From IMG/VR virus record IMGVR_UViG_3300042891_001375: a stretch of DNA of 64,000 nt; one strand, written 5' to 3'. The notes beneath the pieces were generated by a model. That model had not been told where the DNA came from and did not search any database. It saw only the letters and a program-made list of their open reading frames with translations. Below, one piece after another: positions 56,143-64,000 of this stretch (its first letter is position 1; each line of letters starts with the position of its first letter). The translations under genes were made by a program, and so were the position numbers. Source of the DNA: an uncultured virus (IMG/VR IMGVR_UViG_3300042891_001375). Its lineage: Duplodnaviria; Heunggongvirae; Uroviricota; Caudoviricetes.

Positions 56143-57409
56143 AGATAAGAAAAAAGAATCAAGCCTTTCTCTGTCAGCAAAGGCTAAAAAGTTTGGCGTG
56201 TCATTAGGCACACTTAAGAAAGTTTATAAGCGTGGTGTTGCTGCATGGAATTCTGGACATCGTCCAGGAACGACACCACAACAGTGGGGTCATGCGCGTG
56301 TGAATTCTTTCCTTCGTAAAGGCAAAACATATCACACAGCTGATAAAGATCTTAGAGAAGATTTAGATATTAATGAATTATTTGAAATGCAACTATTTGG
56401 AACAGATGAATACAGACAGCATGCAATTGCAATGACACCAGGTCAAAACCAGGAGATTGAAGATGTTTTCCCTACTGAAGAATATGGTAACGAGATTCCG
56501 AATACTGGAGATGAAACAGAACAAGCACCAGAACACGGCGGTGAGGAATCGAATGCAAGAATTGGATATGGAAATCCTGGAAATGCTGGAGTCTCGTTCA
56601 GAAACCTCCGAAAAGCACTCCAAGAACAAGAAGAAGCAGAACAAGAAGAAGTAGAGGACGAAGAAGAGGAAGAACTCGAAGACGATGAGATTGAAGGGGA
56701 TGGAATTGATTTCACACCATCACTCAAAACAAGAAAGGTTAAGAACTACTTCGGTCAACAATATGCTGCGCCAGATATAAGTGGATTGCCTGTTCTAACT
56801 GGAATGGTGGCAGAGGAAACTCTCAGTGAAGCAGTTGATTATCATATTCAAAATAATTTATCTTTGATTGAAAACATATATCGCCCAGGATCTGAGATGT
56901 TCTTTGCAATGATTTTAGAAGCAAAGAGATTATATGCAGAGGGGCAATACACAGCAAGGGATGAATTTGAACAGGATCTTCTCGAAAGCGATATCGGAGA
57001 AGTTGCTGAGTATGAAGGCGAATCAGTTCTTCTTGATTATCCATATGAAGAGGATATGGAAGAATGCTGGAAAGGCTACACTCAAAAGGGAATGAAGAAA
57101 AAGGGAGACAAAATGGTCCCAAACTGCGTTCCAATGGAAGAGGAAAACGATCCAACGAAAGGAAAAGGAATCGGTAAGCCATTTCGCTCAGGCGGTGGTG
57201 GTGCAGTATACGTTCGAAACGAGAAAGGGAACGTCGTTAAGGTCAATTTCAGCCAATCTGGTATGAAGAAACGATTCAACGAACCAGCAAGAGTTAAATC
57301 TTTCGTCGCAAGACATAACTGTTATGGTAATAAGGATAAGACTAGTGCATCCTATTGGGCATGTCGTTGGCCAAGATACTTCAGTGATTCGGGAAAGAAA
57401 TGGTGGTAA
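56135..57409 (+). CDS. multidomain putative virion protein (DUF5824-like N-terminus, Cys/His-containing C-terminus)
   Basis: KVYKRGVAAW.SGHRPG.TPQQWGHARVNSF; CWKGY...VPNCVP; FVARHNC...ASYWACRW. Confidence 0.6.
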   Translation: MSEDKKKESSLSLSAKAKKFGVSLGTLKKVYKRGVAAWNSGHRPGTTPQQWGHARVNSFLRKGKTYHTADKDLREDLDINELFEMQLFGTDEYRQHAIAMTPGQNQEIEDVFPTEEYGNEIPNTGDETEQAPEHGGEESNARIGYGNPGNAGVSFRNLRKALQEQEEAEQEEVEDEEEEELEDDEIEGDGIDFTPSLKTRKVKNYFGQQYAAPDISGLPVLTGMVAEETLSEAVDYHIQNNLSLIENIYRPGSEMFFAMILEAKRLYAEGQYTARDEFEQDLLESDIGEVAEYEGESVLLDYPYEEDMEECWKGYTQKGMKKKGDKMVPNCVPMEEENDPTKGKGIGKPFRSGGGGAVYVRNEKGNVVKVNFSQSGMKKRFNEPARVKSFVARHNCYGNKDKTSASYWACRWPRYFSDSGKKWW

Positions 57410-57681
57410 ATCCATACGAGCAAAAAAACCTAAATAATGGTGTATTCCTGCGCACATTCTCAAAGGATGTTTTGAGTGAAGAACTCGTTTGGCACAGAGA
57501 TCACAACGACAGAATCGTAGAGGTTCTTGACGGAGAAAACTGGGAAATCCAGTTTGAAAATAAACTCCCACAGTCCCTCAAAATCGGCGAAGAATATGTT
57601 ATTCCAGCATATACTTACCACCGAATTAAACGTGGCACGACAGATTTAATAGTTAGAATTCAAGAGAATCTTGAGGGTTAA
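57400..57681 (+). CDS. small cupin-fold protein
   Basis: ELVWHRD...IPAYTYHRI. Confidence 0.65.
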   Translation: MVVNPYEQKNLNNGVFLRTFSKDVLSEELVWHRDHNDRIVEVLDGENWEIQFENKLPQSLKIGEEYVIPAYTYHRIKRGTTDLIVRIQENLEG

Positions 57682-57682
57682 A

Positions 57683-60019
57683 ATGGAAGGATGGCAAAAA
57701 GGTGCACCAGCGGTATTGAAATTCTCAAGTGCTGGGAAGCAAAAATATTTTAAGCAGTTTCCTGAAAGAGAAGCCTGGTTTAAGCAAAATTATCCAGAGC
57801 ATTTCGGTAGATCTGTAACTGCCGCCACAACCAGTCTCAAGAAAACTAATACAGCAAAGAAACAACAACAAAGACTCTCAACAATTCGCCAAGCTGCTTC
57901 AAAGCGCGATCAACTTAAAGTTTCTTCAGCAGCAGTTCAAGCCATGGGTGCTCGCCGCCGAGAGGGTGGTGAGGGTCTTGGTGGTGGATTAGAAACCAAC
58001 CGTGATATCATTGCACATGCTCGTGCTGGTGGAACAATTAGTTCTGGCGGTCTCGGAAGTTTGTTTGAAGATGGAACATCAAATCCTCTTTCTGGTGGTG
58101 TTGAAGCCATTATAGATAAGGATGGAAATACAAAAGGCTGGAAATTTAACGGTGTCACATATAAATCAGCAAAAGAAGCAAATGCCGCCAAAAATTCATT
58201 AGATGATGCGATCAATAAAGCAAAAATGTCTGACATTGGCGATACAATCAGCTCAGTTGGTGACAAAATGGGTGATTTGCTCAGACTCGGTTATGATGCG
58301 ATAGGAACTGCGGCAGAAAATAAAAAGAAAGAGTTGCAAGCAAGAGGTGAATGGGGTCTTGACTGGCCAACTCCAGATAAAGATCCAACACGTTGGAGCA
58401 GCAGACCAGATGCATTGCCAATGTATAATACATGGAGCGGCGGGACTGATAAAGATATTTTAAAAGCACTTAAAGCAGATTTCTCACCAAAAGAAACAGC
58501 AGACAAAGCACCAATTAGATCTCAGTATGCAAAAGATATATCCGTAGATTTAGCAGCTGATAGACCAGATATTCCGAAAAGAAAAAAATCCGATGGGGAT
58601 AAAGGTATGTATTACGAAGAAAATGAACTAACAGATGTCGCAAAGACACTTGCAGAAAGAATTGTCACCAACAAATTGCAGGAATGCATGCCTGAAGAAA
58701 GCAAGTGGGATAATTTAGATGCATGGGAAAAGAATCCGATTCCAAAAGGCGCATCATCAGAAGCAGAAGATGAGCCAGGTGAATATGATTATGAAGGTGA
58801 TATGGCAAAGTCACAACTTCGTAGCATCGCATACAATGCAAAAATGCTTCACGACATGTTAGAAGATAATACAAATCTCCCTGAATGGGTACAGAGCAAG
58901 ATTACACTTGCTGAAGATTATATGCTCACTGCAGCAAATTACATGCGTAGTGAAATGGATCGCATGGATGAAGCAACATCATTCCCAGCTGGTGGTGGTG
59001 TGATCAATTATGATCCAAAATGGGAGAAGTCTGAAGCAGAAGGAACTGCAAATCTTGGAGACGAACAGCCTCCATTTGATCCAAGTCCTAACAGACCAGA
59101 GATGGATCCAGGAAAGCATCCAGAAGGATTTCGTCGTGCACGTCAACTTGCTCGTCAAGCATTAAAAGCAAAAATCGCATCAATGCAACAACCAGCTGCA
59201 GCTGAAGATTTAGTTGCACAACATAATGCATTGCATAATGTTGAAGAAGCATACAGAGGACCAACAACTACGATTGACGGACAAAGATATGCTGGCAAAT
59301 TAACTGCTGATCAAATAAAAGCAGCAAAAACTCGTGCAGCAAATTTAGCAGCAGAAAAGATTCCTTATGAAGCTCGCGCTGCAGAAAGAGTAGCAAAGCG
59401 TTCAGCACAACAAGCAACACAAAAAACTGCATCAAAAGCAGTTCTAAAGAATGTCATTAAAGGTGTCGCTGGTAAAGTTGCTGCGCCATTAGCCGTTGGT
59501 ATGGCAGGATATGATGCTTATAAGGGCTTCACTGCAGATCCAAATGCTGACATGTCAACAAAACTCAGTAACACTGGCAAATCAGTTTTGAGTGGATTGA
59601 CATTCGGAATGGCTGGAACAGATGCCAAAACAATCAAAGCACAAGCAGCAAAGAAAGGAATGAAAGAAGAAGTTGATGAATCAAATGATCTTGTCAACCG
59701 AGGAATGCTTCCAGATACATCAGTAATTCCTGCAGGAAAAGGTTTCGGTGACGATCTTAAGAAAAATAAAATTATCAATAAAGCTGGAAAGGCTATTGAA
59801 AAGAAAAAGCCTGTTACATCCACAGAAAATCCTTCTGAGAATGAACTAGTTCCACAGTCAATGCTTCCAGATAATCCTGCTGCAGCATTTCCTCCTGGAT
59901 ATGTGGTTCCAAAACCACTTGAAGAACAAACAGATGATCAAAATTCATATGTAAAAGCAAGTGCAACATTTCTAACAAAAACGTCACCACGTGTAGTGTA
60001 CGGAGATAAAAATGACTAA
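57683..60019 (+). CDS. large modular putative internal head protein
   Basis: Many L/V/M-x-E sites; EGDMAKSQL...LPEWVQSKITLA domain; modules shared with the gp22 extension. Confidence 0.6.
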   Translation: MEGWQKGAPAVLKFSSAGKQKYFKQFPEREAWFKQNYPEHFGRSVTAATTSLKKTNTAKKQQQRLSTIRQAASKRDQLKVSSAAVQAMGARRREGGEGLGGGLETNRDIIAHARAGGTISSGGLGSLFEDGTSNPLSGGVEAIIDKDGNTKGWKFNGVTYKSAKEANAAKNSLDDAINKAKMSDIGDTISSVGDKMGDLLRLGYDAIGTAAENKKKELQARGEWGLDWPTPDKDPTRWSSRPDALPMYNTWSGGTDKDILKALKADFSPKETADKAPIRSQYAKDISVDLAADRPDIPKRKKSDGDKGMYYEENELTDVAKTLAERIVTNKLQECMPEESKWDNLDAWEKNPIPKGASSEAEDEPGEYDYEGDMAKSQLRSIAYNAKMLHDMLEDNTNLPEWVQSKITLAEDYMLTAANYMRSEMDRMDEATSFPAGGGVINYDPKWEKSEAEGTANLGDEQPPFDPSPNRPEMDPGKHPEGFRRARQLARQALKAKIASMQQPAAAEDLVAQHNALHNVEEAYRGPTTTIDGQRYAGKLTADQIKAAKTRAANLAAEKIPYEARAAERVAKRSAQQATQKTASKAVLKNVIKGVAGKVAAPLAVGMAGYDAYKGFTADPNADMSTKLSNTGKSVLSGLTFGMAGTDAKTIKAQAAKKGMKEEVDESNDLVNRGMLPDTSVIPAGKGFGDDLKKNKIINKAGKAIEKKKPVTSTENPSENELVPQSMLPDNPAAAFPPGYVVPKPLEEQTDDQNSYVKASATFLTKTSPRVVYGDKND

Positions 60020-60995
60020 AGTTGAAAATTTATACGCAGAACAAATCATTAACGAATCACCATACTACTATGATGAGAGTGGTCGTCTTCGAGTAAAGAC
60101 AATCAATGAGTCTGCTCCAATGTTGCGCAAACCGCTACCTGTTGAAGATGAGAAACCAAAAGAACCAGCGGGACCAGATAGACCAAAAGAAGTAAAATTG
60201 GTGGGAAAAAAACCTCTTCCAGTTCAAGGTGAACCCGTTCCAGTTAAGGGTGGGACTGCATTTTTACCAAAACCAAAACCAGGTATGCGAGCATTACCAT
60301 CTAAGGATGTTGGATTGGGTCGTCTTCGTAAACTTCCGAAGGATGCACCAGTTGAACCATCAGAAGGCGGTGGCGGCGGCAATTGGAGAGGCGGCATGGG
60401 CGGACCAAAGTATCTTCCAGCACCAGTTGAACCATCTGGTGGAATGATGCGCACTGCTGACATGCAAGACAGCAATAACGATGGCACGGATGACAGAGAT
60501 CAAAGACCATCAGCACAACCACAAAAGAAAGAGATCAAACAAGATCTTCGTGGTCTTAAAAATCAGAAACGTGAGATGAAAGCAGTTGGTCAAAAGCCAG
60601 GAATGGATTTAAAATCTAAGATTGCAGATGCCAAAGCAAAACTTGGTGCTGCAAAGGGTGTTGAGAAACGACCAGCAACTGGTCAAAAACCAAAATTTCT
60701 CTCTAAATTCCGTTCACAACGCGATACAGGAAGAAATGTCAACACACGTGCAGGATTAAGAAATACTCGTGGTTTAAGAGAAGATGTTGTTGACTCAGTT
60801 TTCGAGAAACTTAGATTAGTTCAAGCTGCACCAGCAACTGATTATATCGAAGAAAAAATGAATATGAAGACTGCAGAAATGGGTGAGGTCATCAAAGACT
60901 TTGAAAAGTCTGATGCACCACAATTCAAAGGTAAGTCAAAGGCAAAGCGTAGACAGATGGCAATCGCTGCAAAGTTGCAGGCAGAAAGAGGCTAA
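60012..60995 (+). CDS. low-complexity putative internal head protein
   Basis: P/K-rich; C-terminal DFEKSDAPQFKGKSKAKRRQMAIAAKL. Confidence 0.6.
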   Translation: MTKVENLYAEQIINESPYYYDESGRLRVKTINESAPMLRKPLPVEDEKPKEPAGPDRPKEVKLVGKKPLPVQGEPVPVKGGTAFLPKPKPGMRALPSKDVGLGRLRKLPKDAPVEPSEGGGGGNWRGGMGGPKYLPAPVEPSGGMMRTADMQDSNNDGTDDRDQRPSAQPQKKEIKQDLRGLKNQKREMKAVGQKPGMDLKSKIADAKAKLGAAKGVEKRPATGQKPKFLSKFRSQRDTGRNVNTRAGLRNTRGLREDVVDSVFEKLRLVQAAPATDYIEEKMNMKTAEMGEVIKDFEKSDAPQFKGKSKAKRRQMAIAAKLQAERG

Positions 60996-61042
60996 ATATA
61001 ATATTATTGGATAAACCAACAATAAATTAGGAAACCATTACG

Positions 61043-62668
61043 ATGAGCAATAATAACGAATTCGATTCAATGAGTCCAACAGTCCGCGCTGTGTATTCAG
61101 CACTTGGTGGAAAGGCTCCAACACAAGCAGCTGTGCAAGAAGCACCAGTTGAAACTACTGTAAACGAGCAAGTTGACGAATCAGTGACTGATGATGTCAT
61201 CGTTGTGGATATCTTCGAAGAGAATGGTGAAATTGTTGGTTTGGATAATGGAGTTCTTACCTTTGATGATAATTTACCATATATCGACATCATTGAAAAG
61301 TATCGTGGTGAGCAGTATATTGATGAATTAATCAATGAAGCAGTGGCTGCAAAAAAGCCTGCAGCAAAACCTGTTTCCAAACCAGCGGCAAAGAAACCAA
61401 CTGTTGATTTCAAGAAAGCATCAGCAGCTGCAGTTGCTAAAGGTGCACCATCTGGATCAAAATCAACAATAAAACCAGTAGCCAAACCTGCTGCTAAATC
61501 AACTGGTGCGGCAAAAACAACAGCCACAAAAGCAACAACAAAGAAACCAGCTGCGAAAAAGACGACACCGACTCCTGCACAAATTCGCACTTCTGATACC
61601 ACAAAACCAAGCACCACTGCTGCAAAGGTTACACAAAGAGCAAAAGATACCAAGTTAGATCTTGGCGGTATGGAAAAGGATATTGGCGATCAACTTAAAG
61701 CAACTGATAAGGTCGTTGCTGACAAGACAAAGAAAGATATCGCATCAATGAAGCCAGGACAAGTAAAGCAAAGTTTCTTGTCAAAAATCACTGGTGGTCG
61801 TCTCGGCAAAACAACGTTTACACCTGGAGACGGTGGAACTTTGGGTCAATTCGATAAAGATTTCACACAAAAGATTTCAGATGAAGCAAAGAAGATCAAA
61901 CAGCAAAGAGAAAAAGATGAGGCTGAACTTGGTCCAGTTGAAATCAAATCAAAGAAAAAACCTGAAGTACCAGTAACAAAACCAGCAGTAGAACCACCTG
62001 AGGCACCAGAAACACCAGATGTTGGTGGTGCTGACACTGGCGCAGCAGATACACCAGATACAGGCGCAGCAGATACGGGTGGAACCGATACAGGTGCGGC
62101 GCCAAGAACTCCTTCTCGCAAAGGCGCAGTTCCTGTTCGTTATTCAATTGATGGTAGAGAAACAGAGAAAGAAACATACAGAAAGAAGAGATCTTCTGGT
62201 GAAGTTGCAAGCCAAGATGTTGTATTCAATGTAAGAAATACAAAGACTGGTGAAAAGAGAGCAATCACGAAGAAGGATCCAGAGTATCAAGCATACTACA
62301 GCAGATACAAGAAAATGTCAGGTGCAATCACTGAGGCATTGATTCGCATGGGCGCTGTTCTTGGTGAAGATGGATGGTATCTCAATGATGAACTCATTGA
62401 ATCAATCTCAACAGAATACAGTCCAGTCGCAATGCCAACACCATATTACTATGATAATACTGGTCGTCTCAAAATTATGACAGAGGAAGAATGGACACAA
62501 TTGGGTCTAGCCGAAGTCATCCTTGAGAGAATTATCACAGAAGCTCTTGATGATGTTGGTGAAGAAGATCATGATGTTGATAACGATGGTGATTCAGACG
62601 AGAGCGATGACTATCTAAAGAATAGAAGAGAAAAAGTTGCTGCGGCAATTGGTAAAGGTAAGAAATAA
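61043..62668 (+). CDS. putative virion protein with histone-H1-like K/A/P repeats
   Basis: After CTAAATA; KKPAAKPVSKPAAKK; C-terminal D.VG.ED.DVDNDGD.D.SD.YLKNRR. Confidence 0.6.
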   Translation: MSNNNEFDSMSPTVRAVYSALGGKAPTQAAVQEAPVETTVNEQVDESVTDDVIVVDIFEENGEIVGLDNGVLTFDDNLPYIDIIEKYRGEQYIDELINEAVAAKKPAAKPVSKPAAKKPTVDFKKASAAAVAKGAPSGSKSTIKPVAKPAAKSTGAAKTTATKATTKKPAAKKTTPTPAQIRTSDTTKPSTTAAKVTQRAKDTKLDLGGMEKDIGDQLKATDKVVADKTKKDIASMKPGQVKQSFLSKITGGRLGKTTFTPGDGGTLGQFDKDFTQKISDEAKKIKQQREKDEAELGPVEIKSKKKPEVPVTKPAVEPPEAPETPDVGGADTGAADTPDTGAADTGGTDTGAAPRTPSRKGAVPVRYSIDGRETEKETYRKKRSSGEVASQDVVFNVRNTKTGEKRAITKKDPEYQAYYSRYKKMSGAITEALIRMGAVLGEDGWYLNDELIESISTEYSPVAMPTPYYYDNTGRLKIMTEEEWTQLGLAEVILERIITEALDDVGEEDHDVDNDGDSDESDDYLKNRREKVAAAIGKGKK

Positions 62669-63591
62669 TGAAGCATATCGTAACACTCACTACATCTAAT
62701 CCTTCACACGAGCATATTGCGCTTCGTCGCAAACAAAACACAACCAACTTCATGGTTGAGGCTGCAAGTGAAGATGAGGCAATCAAGCGTGCTTCTGCAC
62801 ACTTTAGAAAGTTGGGTCATTACATCCACGAAGCAAAAGTTTTTAAAAAAAAAGATAACGAAGTAAACGAAGCTCTTGGATTAGCAATACCTGCAATTGC
62901 AGCTGGTTTAAGAACTGCAGGTGTTCTTGCAAAACCAGTTCTAAAGAATCTTCCAAGAGCTCTTTCGAAAACTGACGTAGAAGAGAAGTTGCCAGTTCCT
63001 GTACCAGCACCTGCGCCAGTTGTGACAAAGCCAGCTGCGGTTCATGTAACACGCCCAGTGACACTTCCTGCAGTGCCGCATTCTATTCATAAGATACCTC
63101 CTGTGCTTCCGACTCCTGCGCCAGTGAGACCAGTGCCAGTTCCTGTACCATTGTCAACAACAGCACCAGTAAAACCAACACCAGTGCCAGTCCCTGCGCC
63201 AGTGCCTGCAAAAGATACAAAATTAAAAACAAAGCCAGATACAACCAGACTACCTTCACCGAAATCTGATCCAACTAGACCACCTCCACGTGGACCAGTG
63301 ACTCCACCAATCACAGGTGGTGCAGGTAAACCTATTCCCGTCGCTGCTGGTTCATTCTCATTAGGAGCAGATCGCGGAGAAGTTGATATTGGAACACTCG
63401 GTCAATATCGTGGAATATTCCCAATGTATCAGCATGCTGACTTTAATAGAGGCAGAATACAAGAAAATAAAATGGTTGCGAACACGATTGGTCGAGTGAT
63501 GACCAAGAGAAAGAAAGCAAGTAAAGAAAATGCAGACGACGAAAAGAACAAAATAAATATGGAACCTAAACTACGTGGTGGAAGGGTTTAA
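62668..63591 (+). CDS. proline-rich putative virion protein
   Basis: PVPVPAPAP repeats after VNE. Confidence 0.6.
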   Translation: MKHIVTLTTSNPSHEHIALRRKQNTTNFMVEAASEDEAIKRASAHFRKLGHYIHEAKVFKKKDNEVNEALGLAIPAIAAGLRTAGVLAKPVLKNLPRALSKTDVEEKLPVPVPAPAPVVTKPAAVHVTRPVTLPAVPHSIHKIPPVLPTPAPVRPVPVPVPLSTTAPVKPTPVPVPAPVPAKDTKLKTKPDTTRLPSPKSDPTRPPPRGPVTPPITGGAGKPIPVAAGSFSLGADRGEVDIGTLGQYRGIFPMYQHADFNRGRIQENKMVANTIGRVMTKRKKASKENADDEKNKINMEPKLRGGRV

Positions 63592-63600
63592 CAGGAGCAC

Positions 63601-64000
63601 ATGATGCAAAATTTTAAACAATTTATTAATGAAGGATTGAATCCAAACTATATTGAAGTGGATTCAAGATTTGTTGAGAATAATAAAGACTCAATCAATG
63701 CAGATTTCGATAGACTTACTGCTCAACCTTATACAAACACCATGGTATTTTATAATCAAATTCGTGGAACGTTAGAACGTTATGGAATGATCATGCCACC
63801 ATCAGCGACAAAACAGTTTATGAGTACTGATGGAGAGTTGGCATTTAAACTTGGTGAAGAAGGGTTGAATCTTTATGTTGTGTTCAATACACACAAGAAT
63901 TCATATGTTGATGGTTATGTTCAAGTCGTCGACGACGTTGAACTCGACCATCTAATGTCTGCTGATGAAGAAGATATGGAAGATGAGGTTGAAGAGGAAG
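63601..64000 (+). CDS. putative internal head protein (truncated by window end)
   Basis: AGGAG SD; MMQNFKQFINEG; open to the window end. Confidence 0.6.
   Translation, partial: MMQNFKQFINEGLNPNYIEVDSRFVENNKDSINADFDRLTAQPYTNTMVFYNQIRGTLERYGMIMPPSATKQFMSTDGELAFKLGEEGLNLYVVFNTHKNSYVDGYVQVVDDVELDHLMSADEEDMEDEVEEE

Noticed and set aside
62845..62853. A9 run as a programmed frameshift or phase-variation site
   Set aside because: Reads in frame as KKK in an AT-rich genome; no evident stimulatory structure or useful alternative frame
1..64000. Stop-codon reassignment
   Set aside because: Core genes are full length in the standard code, and TAA, TAG and TGA all terminate genes
1..64000. Diversity-generating retroelement or retron
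   Set aside because: No reverse transcriptase motifs and no adenine-specific TR/VR repeat pair seen

Overview
A 64-kb segment of a large T4-like (Tevenvirinae/Kyanoviridae-style) myophage genome. Coding is dense, essentially all on the + strand, in the standard genetic code. Gene order: head module (gp68-like, gp21, an abnormally long 1200-aa gp22, gp23, gp3); uvsY/uvsW/gp55/gp47/gp46; peptide deformylase; vWA-HEXXH/MoxR-AAA pair; a GIY-YIG/ParB fusion; a DNA base-hypermodification operon (TET/JBP dioxygenase, class-II glutamine amidotransferase, amidoligase, GNAT, aGPT-PPlase/amino-acid:DNA transferase, P-loop kinase, glycosyltransferase); gp1/gp45/gp44/gp62/regA, dUTPase, Hsp20, dCMP deaminase; a block of small early ORFs; two nucleotide-sugar clusters flanking gp43/uvsX/gp41; and a late block of putative internal head proteins. 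Highlights: (1) the hypermodification operon, which suggests on-DNA oxidation followed by phosphorylation and transfer of an amide-built group; (2) a gp22 scaffold carrying about 900 extra residues, arranged as acidic spacers, putative gp21 cleavage sites and cationic amphipathic peptides, and sharing modules with a protein 55 kb away; (3) five early promoters with an IHF-consensus site at invariant spacing, three apparently leaderless; (4) a ROSE-type thermometer before hsp20, a tRNA-sized structured RNA, and an antisense promoter back-to-back with the uvsY promoter. All product calls come from motif recognition and synteny; no database searches were run.
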